This document shows positions 10,397-20,103 of a DNA stretch of 40,000 nt, in pieces (the stretch's first letter is position 1; each line of letters begins with the position of its first letter). The stretch lies in NCBI RefSeq assembly GCF_055456355.1, contig NZ_CM144250.1; one strand, 5' to 3'. Under the pieces are notes generated by a model. The model saw nothing but the letters and a program-made list of their open reading frames with translations, made no database searches and was not told the DNA's origin. The position numbers and the translations under genes are program-made.

Positions 10397-10813
10397 ATTT
10401 TTACCGTGACTCGATGTTACTGTTCAATAATCACCTTCCATCAATACTAAATTTAATACCCCTAATGTGCCGATAACAAATATAGTCATTCTACGTAACG
10501 TCTCCATAAGGTGATAACCTTGATCAAATGAATTTCGAAAATAATAAAGGAAATCTTTTGAGATGTTTGTCACGAATAAAGCTATTTATGTTACCAATAT
10601 CATTTCGAGTGTGCACACTATCTATCTGTTTTTTCAGGACATAAAAAACAACATGTAAGTTATGTAAATTGCCGATGCTACTAGGTAACATTATGGTAAA
10701 AAAAGTAAAAATGAGCGATTTTTGATAGAATAAAGCATGAGAAAAGGTGATATTTGACATTATCAGAAGCTGCGAATTCGGATTTTGCTCTAATCAAATG
10801 AGAGAAATGTAAA

Positions 10814-11305
10814 ATGAAGCCACGAAATATTAATAATAGCCTACCACTGCAACCATTAGTTCCTGATCAGGAGAACAAAAATAAGAAAAATGAAGAGAAA
10901 TACGTGAATCCAGTTAAAATTACGATGAGGTCTGGTTTAAATTATATTGAACAAGAATCTCTTGGAGGAAAATATCTAACACATGATTTGTCAATAAAGA
11001 TAGCGGATATTTCTGAAGAAATAATTCAGCAAGCAATATTATCGGCTATGAGCATATATAAATTTCCGATAACAGATGATTTAATGAGTATGGCTACAAA
11101 TGAACTCATAAAACTGGCCAAAATAGAGAATAATTTAGACCTGAATAAATTCTCTACTATATGCACCGACGTTCTATCCCCCCTCGTCACCAGACATAAT
11201 AAAGAAAAAAAACCAGACGATTTACTACCCTTCGCAAAAATCCCCTTTTTAATTTTCATCGAAAAAATGGAAATTGATAATATGAATCAAGGTCATGCAT
11301 ATTAA
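10814..11305 (+). CDS. ygeF: YgeF-like ETT2-associated protein of unknown function
   Basis: 163-aa ORF with position between yqeK and ygeG. Confidence 0.7.
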   Translation: MKPRNINNSLPLQPLVPDQENKNKKNEEKYVNPVKITMRSGLNYIEQESLGGKYLTHDLSIKIADISEEIIQQAILSAMSIYKFPITDDLMSMATNELIKLAKIENNLDLNKFSTICTDVLSPLVTRHNKEKKPDDLLPFAKIPFLIFIEKMEIDNMNQGHAY

Positions 11306-11530
11306 GGCATTTATGAAATGTCGTAAATAAGATGACTAATAAGGTGAATATTAGCAAAACAACTAATGACATTATTGGTTTATAGTGGTCAGTATTTTTA
11401 CTAATAATGAACCAATATACCCATAAGCAATACAAGCTTAAAACTCATAATTCAAAAAAGATAAATGCAAAAAAATAATGAGTCAATTAATAATAATTTA
11501 GCATCACGAAACACATCACAGAGGAATATT

Positions 11531-12022
11531 ATGAACACAGATACACTTGAAATATTCAATAACAGTGATGAATGGGCAAGTCAACTAAAACACGCATTAT
11601 CACAAGGAGAAAATCTGGCATTACTACATGGATTGACTCCTGATATCCTTGATAGAATATATGCATATGCATTCGACTACCATGAAAAAGGTAATATAAC
11701 GGACGCAGAAATTTATTATAAATTTCTGTGCATTTATGCGTTCGAAAATCATGAATATCTAAAAGGTTTTGCATCAGTATGCCAGTCAAAAAAGAAATAT
11801 CAACAAGCATATGACCTTTACAAACTAAGTTACAATTACTCCCCGTATGATGACTATTCAGTTATTTATCGTATGGGTCAATGTCAAATTGGGGCTAAAA
11901 ATATCGATAACGCAATGCAATGTTTCTATCATATTATTAACAATTGTGAGGATGAAAGTGTTAAGAGCAAAGCGCAGGCATATATTGAACTCTTAACCGA
12001 TAATTCAGAAGATAATGGCTAA
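11531..12022 (+). CDS. ygeG: YgeG, LcrH/SycD/SicA-type TPR class II chaperone
   Basis: 163 aa with TPR-like repeats (GNITDAEIYYKFLCIYAFENHEYLKGFASVCQSKKKYQQAYDLYKLSYNYSPYDD). Start at internal ATG with upstream gagg. Confidence 0.9.
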   Translation: MNTDTLEIFNNSDEWASQLKHALSQGENLALLHGLTPDILDRIYAYAFDYHEKGNITDAEIYYKFLCIYAFENHEYLKGFASVCQSKKKYQQAYDLYKLSYNYSPYDDYSVIYRMGQCQIGAKNIDNAMQCFYHIINNCEDESVKSKAQAYIELLTDNSEDNG

Positions 12023-12356
12023 GCATTACAATCATTTGGTTAAAATTGCTGGTTATAGTGCAGTTAACCACTATGACCATCTTCTCTTATGTTTTCTTAA
12101 ATCAACATCTTAAAACAGTTAAGAACACACTATAAATTATTATTTTTCAACGCGTTAGAGAACAATCTATTTTATCAAAATTGAATAAGGCTATTTCAGA
12201 TTACATCACTGAATTCCTAAGATAAATTAGTGAACACAACCATAGATATGTCGAATGTAAACTCCTATAGCATTAATGACACATAAATATGAATAGCCAC
12301 AATTTCTATTGCTTATGCAGGATGCAAGAAACCAATTTTTTCATAGAGGTTAACTA

Positions 12357-13733
12357 ATGGACTTAGAAAATAAATTCTCATATCATTTTCTTGAGGGATT
12401 AACGCTCACGGAAGATGGAATTCTTACTCAAGGAAATGAGCAGATTTATATTCCACCGAAAGAGTTAGGAGTATTGATCGTATTACTTGAATCCGCTGGT
12501 CATGTTGTCCTGAAAGATATGATCATCGAATCAGTATGGAAAAATATTATTGTAAGTGACGAGTCCCTGACAAGATGTATCTATTCTTTGCGCTGCATTT
12601 TTGAAAAAATTGGCTATGATCGTTGCATAGAAACAATCTACCGGAAAGGTTATCGTTTCAGTGGACAGGTTTTCAAAACTAAAAGAAATGAAGATAACAC
12701 TTCAGACTATTCCATAGCTATATTTCCTTTCACCACTTCAGTGAATACCCTGGATCCATTAATACTTAATCAGGAATTAGTGCAAAACATTTCGAATAAA
12801 AAAATCGATGGCCTTTATACCTATCCGATGGCTGCGACAAATTTTTGTAATGATCACATATCGCAAAATTCATTCTTGAGAAGATTCAAGCCAGATTATT
12901 TCGTTACAGGAAGAATAAACCAGAATAACGCGGTGAAAACTTTATACATTGAACTGATCGACGCTAAAAATCTTTTCCTCATCGCCAGTAATCATCTTCC
13001 TGTTGATGAACTAAATAACACATCACAATTTATTATAGATAATATCCTTCAAACGGTACATAATCCAGAGCGATCTGTAAGATTAGCTAAATCAGATCAA
13101 GGTTACAAGAATCATTATTTATCAGATGAACTGTTGGCTGGTAAGAAAGAACTTTACGAGTTTACACCTGAAAGCATTTACAGGGCTATGACTATATTTG
13201 ATGGATTACAAAATAAAAGTGATATACAGACGCTAAAAACAGAATGTTATTGTCTGCTAGCGGAATGCCATATGTCTTTGGCACTTCATGGAAAATATGA
13301 ACTTGAACTTGCTGCTCAAAAAGCATTAGAGCTTTTACATTATGTATCAGACATAACCAATGTCGATGGAAAAATTTTAGCTATTATGGGACTGATAACT
13401 GGTCTGTCTGGACAAGCAAAAGTATCTCATATCTTATTTGAACAGGCTAAGATACACACAACTGATATAGCCTCTCTCTACTACTATAGAGCACTTGTCA
13501 ATTTTCATAATGAAAGAATTGAAGAGGCAAGGATTTGTATAGACAAATCACTACAACTCGAACCCAGAAGACGAAAAGCAGTTGTGATAAAAGAGTGTGT
13601 AGATATGTATGTGCCTAACCCGCTCAAAAGCAACATGAAACTCTACTATAAAGAAACTTCGAGTGAAAGCCATCGAGTTATAATTGACAACATTTTGAAA
13701 CTAAAGCAACTGACAAGAATTTGTATGCGATAA
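12357..13733 (+). CDS. ygeH: YgeH, HilA-like regulator (OmpR-type wHTH plus TPR region)
   Basis: 458 aa. wHTH segment [76 protein letters not shown]-terminal helical repeats. Confidence 0.93.
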   Translation: MDLENKFSYHFLEGLTLTEDGILTQGNEQIYIPPKELGVLIVLLESAGHVVLKDMIIESVWKNIIVSDESLTRCIYSLRCIFEKIGYDRCIETIYRKGYRFSGQVFKTKRNEDNTSDYSIAIFPFTTSVNTLDPLILNQELVQNISNKKIDGLYTYPMAATNFCNDHISQNSFLRRFKPDYFVTGRINQNNAVKTLYIELIDAKNLFLIASNHLPVDELNNTSQFIIDNILQTVHNPERSVRLAKSDQGYKNHYLSDELLAGKKELYEFTPESIYRAMTIFDGLQNKSDIQTLKTECYCLLAECHMSLALHGKYELELAAQKALELLHYVSDITNVDGKILAIMGLITGLSGQAKVSHILFEQAKIHTTDIASLYYYRALVNFHNERIEEARICIDKSLQLEPRRRKAVVIKECVDMYVPNPLKSNMKLYYKETSSESHRVIIDNILKLKQLTRICMR

Positions 13734-13900
13734 ATCTTTATTGTCGCAATTTTATTGTTTAGATGTATGCAACTGGTTATTTAAACAACAGAGATGAAAA
13801 TATCTAAGATATTTACCTTATTGCAATATATATCAAATACTCTAGATTAAAAAGTATTGTGTATAGGCTATTGGCCTGGACAAATAAAAAAGGGAACTTT

Positions 13901-14119
13901 ATGACTAATCCAATCAATATGAATAATTTTTCTCAAAGTTTAAATATAACAACCGCAACGGGTGATGAAGTCGTTTCATTAGATAAACACATCACCACCA
14001 GTGCTACTGATACAGATCAAATACAAGCATTTATAGTTTCAACATGGATGGCATCTTTTCAAAATGATATGTATTCGAAAGATAATCCTATCTCTCCTTA
14101 CTATGAACTGGAATGGTAG
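13901..14119 (+). CDS. ygeI: YgeI, small ETT2 protein of unknown function
   Basis: 72-aa ORF MTNPINMNNFSQSLNITTATGDEVVSLDKHITTS... starting after gggaactttATG, lying between hilA-like and iagB-like genes. Confidence 0.75.
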   Translation: MTNPINMNNFSQSLNITTATGDEVVSLDKHITTSATDTDQIQAFIVSTWMASFQNDMYSKDNPISPYYELEW

Positions 14120-14141
14120 ACAATTGACCACTTAAATGATT

Positions 14142-14172
14142 AACGAGATACTGATTATATTAGTATCTCGTT
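14142..14172 (+). terminator. Hairpin terminator after ygeI
   Basis: AACGAGATACT-gattatatt-AGTATCTCGTT followed by cctttcctt. Confidence 0.6.
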
Positions 14173-14202
14173 CCTTTCCTTCAATCCTACACATAAAAAT
14201 AT

Positions 14203-14706
14203 ATGCGCTTACCCAAAGTTAAAATCTTATCCATCTTCATCTTTTCTATATTAATTACAAAAATGTCTTTCGCCAGTAGCGCTTGCTTTAATGAAGCAGG
14301 ATCAATTTTCAGAATCGAACCAAATTTGATCAAAGCTATCGCACTTGTTGAAAGTAATTTAAAAAATGATAGCATCGGCAAGAACAGGGATAAGAAAAAC
14401 AATATAAAGAGTTTTGATTATGGTTTAATGCAGATAAACCAGATGCACATTCCCATGTTAAAAAAACGTGGAATAATAAAAGATGAACGAGATTTGTTAG
14501 ATAACCCCTGTCTGAACATTAAAATAGGGACCGAGATTTTATATAATCATTTTTCACGTTGTGGGGTAACGTGGCAATGTCTGGGGACTTATAACGCGGG
14601 TTTTGCAATGGAAAACCAAAAAAAGAGGCTGCAATATGCAAAAAAAATATATGTTGTATATACCAGACTTAATGAAATAGACAAGCGTAAGGCTTTAGCA
14701 AAATGA
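14203..14706 (+). CDS. pbl: Lytic transglycosylase, IagB/IpgF family (pbl locus)
   Basis: Signal peptide followed by an SLT domain: AIALVESNLK, DYGLMQINQMH, TYNAGF. Confidence 0.88.
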   Translation: MRLPKVKILSIFIFSILITKMSFASSACFNEAGSIFRIEPNLIKAIALVESNLKNDSIGKNRDKKNNIKSFDYGLMQINQMHIPMLKKRGIIKDERDLLDNPCLNIKIGTEILYNHFSRCGVTWQCLGTYNAGFAMENQKKRLQYAKKIYVVYTRLNEIDKRKALAK

Positions 14707-14726
14707 GCCTAAAGCCTCTTTTTTTT
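14690..14726 (+). terminator. Rho-independent terminator after pbl, overlapping the ygeK 3' end
   Basis: AGGCTTTAG-caaaatgagc-CTAAAGCCT followed by a run of about 8 T. Confidence 0.75.
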
Positions 14727-15357
14727 ATATAGTGCAAACACCCATACGTAAAGCTGTTTTGATCAACTCGATACCACTGTGAACATCTAATTTCTTCATG
14801 ATATTGAGTCTATGAGTTTCGACTGTTTTCCTGCTTAACTGCAAGAAATTAGCGATTTCTTTGTTTGTTTTTCCATCAGCTATGAGTTGTAGTATTTCAG
14901 ACTCACGATTTGTAAGTTGATTATCAGAGGAATATCTTGAAGATATTTTTTCACAATCCATATGTACACTATCAAAATAAGTGTAACCATTACTAATCGA
15001 ATCAATAGCGCGATTTAGTTTCGCCGGGTGACTGGTTTTCCATACGCATCCTTTCGCACCGGCTTCAAGCAATTTTATTGAATCAATATACGGCATTTTT
15101 GCTACAAATGTAATAATATGAGCATCTATTTTATGCGATTTAACCCATTTTATGAGTTCGGACCCCATCATTCCACCTGCAAATTCTCCTAAAATAAATA
15201 TTTGGGCTGCAGATTTGTTACACTCCGCTATAGCTTTCTTCAGATCTTTATAGCCCCCAACAACCTCATATAAATCGGGATAATGTCCGAGAAATCCAAT
15301 TATCCCATCAATCATAAACGGCTGCTGATCTGAAACTACAATTTTAATCTTTCCCAT
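14725..15357 (-). CDS. ygeK: YgeK, full-length REC-like plus LuxR/NarL-type HTH regulator
   Basis: 210 aa. [50 protein letters not shown] with an N-terminal receiver-like domain. Confidence 0.9.
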   Translation of the reverse strand: MGKIKIVVSDQQPFMIDGIIGFLGHYPDLYEVVGGYKDLKKAIAECNKSAAQIFILGEFAGGMMGSELIKWVKSHKIDAHIITFVAKMPYIDSIKLLEAGAKGCVWKTSHPAKLNRAIDSISNGYTYFDSVHMDCEKISSRYSSDNQLTNRESEILQLIADGKTNKEIANFLQLSRKTVETHRLNIMKKLDVHSGIELIKTALRMGVCTI

Positions 15358-15579
15358 ATATTCATCCTGAGTGTAAATGCTATAACGCATTCATTTATAA
15401 TCATCCCTTCCATTATTATTATAAGCAAAATCCAAAGAATACATTGATGAAATAATAATGAAATATAATTAAAAATAAAATTTTTGCGTAAACAGAATAA
15501 CACCAGTGTTGAAAAATCATTAGGCGTTTAAAATATTAGAATTAGATTATATTCAAGTCATTAAACCGGAGACAGTGAT

Positions 15580-16287
15580 CTATAAGTCCTCTGGGTTCGT
15601 CAAATTAGAATTATTCATAGCCAAAGAATCTGTTTCACACATTCTTTCAACTAAATAATGTCTGGCATGTTCACAGATTTCATTAACCTTGTCAGGGGAA
15701 AAACAGTGATTGCTAATTAAATATTGCTCACAATTATCCACAAATTCCTGCGGACTAAATTCAGCAATAAATTGATCTGTAAAAAAAATAAAACGTTTGT
15801 CATCATGATATGAAATATGGACATTCCATATTGACTTGTCGACAAAATATGACTCTACTTCAATAGACTTATCTTTGAAACTGGTAGGTATATAGAGATT
15901 TAAAGGGCCTGATATTGACGGTAATTTTGTTACCCAACTTTCAAAAATTTTGATAAAAACTTCAACTTCCTCTGAAGATTTTAACAATATGCTCTTCAGA
16001 TCGTTTATCATGTTTATTCTGTTTTTTTCTAATTCTGAGCTTAGCAAACTTATCAAGGGTATAAAATTATCCATCACATCAATAATGCCTTTCGCATAGC
16101 CATCATAATAACCTTGAATAACTTTTTCTTCTCTCTTTTCCTCAATACTCTGAATTTTTGCGGTAGTTTCAAGAAGGATCTGTTCTTTTAGAGAAACTAT
16201 TTCTTTCAATCCATCAGAAATTATTCTTTTAATCACAACACCATTTGCAGGAGATTTTATCAAGCTCATCTCTATTTTTTTTCGCAT
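15580..16287 (-). CDS. T3SS stator protein, OrgB/MxiN/SctL-like
   Basis: MRKKIEMSLIKSPANGVVIKRIISDG... with long helical region (GYYDGYAKGIIDVMDNF). Position next to SctK and distal to PrgK-like gene matches prgHIJK-orgAB order. Confidence 0.78.
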   Translation of the reverse strand: MRKKIEMSLIKSPANGVVIKRIISDGLKEIVSLKEQILLETTAKIQSIEEKREEKVIQGYYDGYAKGIIDVMDNFIPLISLLSSELEKNRINMINDLKSILLKSSEEVEVFIKIFESWVTKLPSISGPLNLYIPTSFKDKSIEVESYFVDKSIWNVHISYHDDKRFIFFTDQFIAEFSPQEFVDNCEQYLISNHCFSPDKVNEICEHARHYLVERMCETDSLAMNNSNLTNPEDL

Positions 16288-16810
16288 ATAATGTAATTCT
16301 CTCCAAAAGAGTAGACGCAAGTGGTAACGGCAATTGTATATGGTCAACAAAATCAGGAAATAATAAATTAAATCGTTGCTGCATTGCCAACGGTTGTTGC
16401 CTTACATAGGGTAACAACGTTGAAAAACCACATGTGATGATATTCTGATAGTTAGCGATGCCAGGTTTATATCGTGCCTTTTCATTTATTTCCACCGGTA
16501 TAGCTGATAAATAATTCCTTAGCACATCAGGAACCTTGTAAAAAAATCCGCGTTCTGCAAACCTTTCTCGATAAAAGTGACAACCACTGAGTAAACAGAT
16601 CAATGGAAATAATTTCCAATTGTTTATGTAGTAAATAAGTGAACTATTCAGACTAAAATGCTCAACTGAAAGATTGTACTGTAGGAGTATCATTTCATTG
16701 GTAATAGATCTAAGTACCGGATTGCTAATACGCGTATTATTCAAACTTACTCGTTGAGGATGAATATAACTAATTGGATCATATATAATCTTTCTAAGGG
16801 CAAGATTCAT
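16229..16810 (-). CDS. T3SS sorting-platform protein, OrgA/MxiK/SctK-like
   Basis: 193-aa ORF immediately downstream of eprK and overlapping the SctL-like gene. Conserved order with SPI-1. Confidence 0.8.
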   Translation of the reverse strand: MNLALRKIIYDPISYIHPQRVSLNNTRISNPVLRSITNEMILLQYNLSVEHFSLNSSLIYYINNWKLFPLICLLSGCHFYRERFAERGFFYKVPDVLRNYLSAIPVEINEKARYKPGIANYQNIITCGFSTLLPYVRQQPLAMQQRFNLLFPDFVDHIQLPLPLASTLLERITLYAKKNRDELDKISCKWCCD

Positions 16811-16825
16811 AACGTTCTCATATGT

Positions 16826-17560
16826 CTACTTATTTTTTAACCTGATTAAATTAGTTAGAATAGCCCTGTACTTCCATAACAGCCAGCAAGTCGCAATGGA
16901 CATTAATGCAAGTAAGATAGAAACCGGCATAGTCTTATCATAAGCAAAAACAGGTTCGCTAATTTCATATGTTGGTGCTTGTTCAATAATATCTCTTCGT
17001 TTTGACAATACGACTGAAATATTCTCATATTGTACGCTTGCAAAGCTATTAACAATAAATCTCTTAATGTCATTTATTTTTATTTCTGGATTGATATCTT
17101 TTTCATATACCGCAAGTACAGAAATATGAATTGGTAAAGCAGTTTTGCCACTATCACCTGTATCAACATCGTAACTAACATGTACTCTTGAAGAAACAAT
17201 ACCATCCATAATTTTGAGAGATTGCTCTAAACGCTGTTCAATAGCAGAATACAATCTTGCTTTTTCCGCTCGTGGAGAGGAAACGAGCGCATCTGCAGGG
17301 AACATCTGCGATATTTGAATATCAGGCTTACCCGGGAGATTGTAGATTTTTAGCCAATCCACCGCAGAAGCAAAATCCGTTGGTTCTACATAGATTGAAA
17401 ATCCAGTTTTGCCTTGATCCTTCTTCTCAGCATTAATATTATGTCTTTGTAAAACAGCAAGGACATCATTAGCTTGCTGTTGATCAAGATGGTTCAATAA
17501 TTCCTGCTGCTTGCAACCGCACAGCAGCAGGATAAACAAGAATAATGATATATATTTCAT
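16826..17560 (-). CDS. eprK: EprK, PrgK/MxiJ/SctJ inner-membrane ring lipoprotein
   Basis: Lipobox LLLCGC, YscJ-family body (ADALVSSPRAEKARLYSAIEQRLEQSLKIMDGIVSSRVHVSYD) and C-terminal TM. Confidence 0.93.
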   Translation of the reverse strand: MKYISLFLFILLLCGCKQQELLNHLDQQQANDVLAVLQRHNINAEKKDQGKTGFSIYVEPTDFASAVDWLKIYNLPGKPDIQISQMFPADALVSSPRAEKARLYSAIEQRLEQSLKIMDGIVSSRVHVSYDVDTGDSGKTALPIHISVLAVYEKDINPEIKINDIKRFIVNSFASVQYENISVVLSKRRDIIEQAPTYEISEPVFAYDKTMPVSILLALMSIATCWLLWKYRAILTNLIRLKNK

Positions 17561-17889
17561 GAGCGAGTCAACGTCTCAACTGCAGCGACAATTTTTCTTG
17601 CTAATGTTCCCACCAATGAAACCTCGACATTATAATTAAGCACATGATCCTGCAAGACTAATAATTTTTCAGGAGTTAACCCCTTTTTATCAGACCTTAA
17701 TGCTTGTAACGCATTTTGCTGCCAATTTTCAGTTTGTACCGCATAGTTAGCAAAAGCGGAGATCATTTTATCATCTGGGTTATCAAGATTGAGAACCCGG
17801 TCATTTAAATCAATAACTTTCGCTTGCTGTATTTTATGAGCAGCTGATTGCTCAGCTCTATCAATAGGTGGCATATTGCTTACTGACAT
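17557..17889 (-). CDS. eprJ: EprJ, PrgJ/MxiI/SctI inner rod protein
   Basis: 110 aa, MSVSNMPPIDRAEQ...LLVLQDHVLNYNVEVSLVGTLARKIVAAVETLTRS. Located between the needle gene and eprK. Confidence 0.9.
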   Translation of the reverse strand: MSVSNMPPIDRAEQSAAHKIQQAKVIDLNDRVLNLDNPDDKMISAFANYAVQTENWQQNALQALRSDKKGLTPEKLLVLQDHVLNYNVEVSLVGTLARKIVAAVETLTRS

Positions 17890-17908
17890 AATAAAATCCT
17901 TATCCAGT

Positions 17909-18148
17909 TTAGCGGAAGTTTTGTATGATTGCCGAATCAAGATCTTTATACGCTTTTACAACGTTAGATTGCGCATTTCGATATAATGTATACTCAGCTA
18001 ATGCACTCTGATATTCGGCAAGGAATTTCGGGTCGGAAGGATTGGTTGCTAAATCCTCCAACGCCTTTTCAACTTGTTGGTTCAGATCATCAACGCCCTG
18101 ATCAAATTGTTTGCTGATATCCATAATATAACCATTCCAATCTGCCAT
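17909..18148 (-). CDS. eprI: EprI, PrgI/MxiH/SctF needle protein
   Basis: 79 aa MADWNGYIMDISKQFDQGVDDLNQQVEKALEDLATNPSDPKFLAEYQSALAEYTLYRNAQSNVVKAYKDLDSAIIQNFR, near-canonical needle subunit. Confidence 0.97.
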   Translation of the reverse strand: MADWNGYIMDISKQFDQGVDDLNQQVEKALEDLATNPSDPKFLAEYQSALAEYTLYRNAQSNVVKAYKDLDSAIIQNFR

Positions 18149-18161
18149 AAGTCCTCCTCAA

Positions 18162-19343
18162 TTATTCCTGAAATGTCCACTTGCTACCTTGAGACTTCTC
18201 GAATCGGTTATCTCCGTAGCTAAATGAACTATTATTTGTGTCCTGATTTTTCAAATTCACATTAAATCTTACATACTGTTTACCCCATTGTTTATAATAT
18301 TCGTCAACATAATTATTAATTTTATTTAATTCACTGTCGCTTAACGTACCAATGATATTGAAATATACATTGTTAGCTGTTTTATATTTTTCATAAGAAA
18401 GACCTATTGCCGACAATGTTTCAATTGCCTGACTTTCCAATACATTATCATCTAATACCGCAATACTTATATTGCTGGCATATGGCATAGTTTGCAGCAA
18501 TCCTTTAATAAGATTATCGATTAGTTGCTGTGTGATAGCATTCCGTTGCTTACTCACTGTCAGTCTTGGATTACTGGCATCTAATAGCTGTAGTTTAAAA
18601 TATTGTAGATCTGGGAAATTATCAGCAAGCCATGAAAAAATTCGTATCGATTCATCATCAGGATTTATCACCCGTACTGGCTTTCCTGGTTGATTTTTTT
18701 CCAGTGCTTGTTTGACCCAGACAGCTTCATCCAAACTATTGGTATTGATATAGATGACATGATCCCTACCATATAAAATTTCATAATTTCTATTTTTGTT
18801 TACAAGAATTTTATCGATATGTCTCAGCTGCGGATCATTACTGGCATTAACAATATAAAAAGCTATAAAAATGATAGCAAAAAGAAAAAATAGCGTTACA
18901 TATTTAAACAGCGTACTACTAAAGAAATGTTGTCTTGTTGAAGTAATGTTATTTTCAACAATACCTGGTATTGAATACTGCCAAACTTCATTTTTTCCTT
19001 TTACAGCAAATTTGAGGCCTAAAACTTCTATTTGCTGATTCAATGTTAACGTTCTATCTTCAGGTTCTTGTGCTGTTAATTCTCTGATTGTTACAACCAG
19101 ATCAGGGTCGGTAGTGATTATTACCTCAAAACTGCCTGTAAGCTCTCCATAAGGAATGACTATCGTATTCTCTGGTAACTCAGAAAAAGAATCACTTCTT
19201 CCTAACGAAACATCATTACCAACGATAACGAGTACACGCCCATTAAGTATTTCATACTCGCATCCATTCAATGGTCCGCTCAATAAACGAATGGCATAAG
19301 ATTCCAATAAGTCTTGTGATAAGAATTTATCATTATTTTCCAT
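18162..19343 (-). CDS. eprH: EprH, PrgH/MxiG/SctD inner-membrane ring protein
   Basis: About 393 aa with one TM (FLFAIIFIAFYIVNA) and PrgH-like N- and C-terminal domains. First gene of the eprHIJK operon. Confidence 0.93.
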   Translation of the reverse strand: MENNDKFLSQDLLESYAIRLLSGPLNGCEYEILNGRVLVIVGNDVSLGRSDSFSELPENTIVIPYGELTGSFEVIITTDPDLVVTIRELTAQEPEDRTLTLNQQIEVLGLKFAVKGKNEVWQYSIPGIVENNITSTRQHFFSSTLFKYVTLFFLFAIIFIAFYIVNASNDPQLRHIDKILVNKNRNYEILYGRDHVIYINTNSLDEAVWVKQALEKNQPGKPVRVINPDDESIRIFSWLADNFPDLQYFKLQLLDASNPRLTVSKQRNAITQQLIDNLIKGLLQTMPYASNISIAVLDDNVLESQAIETLSAIGLSYEKYKTANNVYFNIIGTLSDSELNKINNYVDEYYKQWGKQYVRFNVNLKNQDTNNSSFSYGDNRFEKSQGSKWTFQE

Positions 19344-19601
19344 GAATACCACCCGCTAATTCCATAAGCTCTAGTTTAGAGTAGTGTAACAAGACGGAAA
19401 TTTCATGACCAAATTATGATGACACACAATAAAAAGATTATAATTTTCGAGAACCATTTTAAATGTCTACATACATAAATTTATTTGCAATTTAAGGTAT
19501 ACACCCTATTCCCTCATTGATAAGCAAATATAACAATTACCATTATTTTAAATTTTACACGTAATATTTACCCTAAATGATTTTAGAGTGCAGGTTGGCA
19601 T

Positions 19602-20102
19602 ATGCAAGTCTTTTCCAGTGATGTCTACTTCACTGTAGGCACTAATGCATTATTAGCATCCCAAAAGGAATATTACAGCGATTTGGTTGCGTTGGTTGAT
19701 CTTGGACATTCGTTCGTTGTTATTGATGAGCACCAACATCGAAATCTCAAACCAAATACAGAACCTGTAAACACCCTTTTGAGCAACAATTTCATCAGGA
19801 TCAATAAGAATATTACATTATCTGATTTAACGCATTTCCTGGTTTCGAATCTTCATACACAAAATGTGTATTCCACTCAAGAACCACTTACCCATGATGA
19901 GATAGATATCCTGCGGTTATGTGTTTCTTATTCGTTAAAACAAATAGCCATTATCAAAGGAATTGATTATAAAACAGTATCATATCACAAAATAAGAGCC
20001 CTAAATAAACTTAACATAAAAGGTACTGTTGAGTTGTTTATAGCACTCTGTGAATGGGATAAACATTATTTTAAACTCCAATCTTGCATAAGAGAAAGTT
20101 GA
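19602..20102 (+). CDS. etrA: EtrA, LuxR-type ETT2 regulator
   Basis: C-terminal HTH LTHDEIDILRLCVSYSLKQIAIIKGIDYKTVSYHKIRALNKLNIKGTVEL. Divergent from eprH. Confidence 0.85.
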   Translation: MQVFSSDVYFTVGTNALLASQKEYYSDLVALVDLGHSFVVIDEHQHRNLKPNTEPVNTLLSNNFIRINKNITLSDLTHFLVSNLHTQNVYSTQEPLTHDEIDILRLCVSYSLKQIAIIKGIDYKTVSYHKIRALNKLNIKGTVELFIALCEWDKHYFKLQSCIRES

Positions 20103-20103
20103 T

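Noticed and set aside
10524-10760. 78-aa minus-strand ORF between yqeK and ygeF
   Set aside because: AT-rich intergenic sequence, Phe/Leu/Ile-rich product without recognisable features or convincing start.
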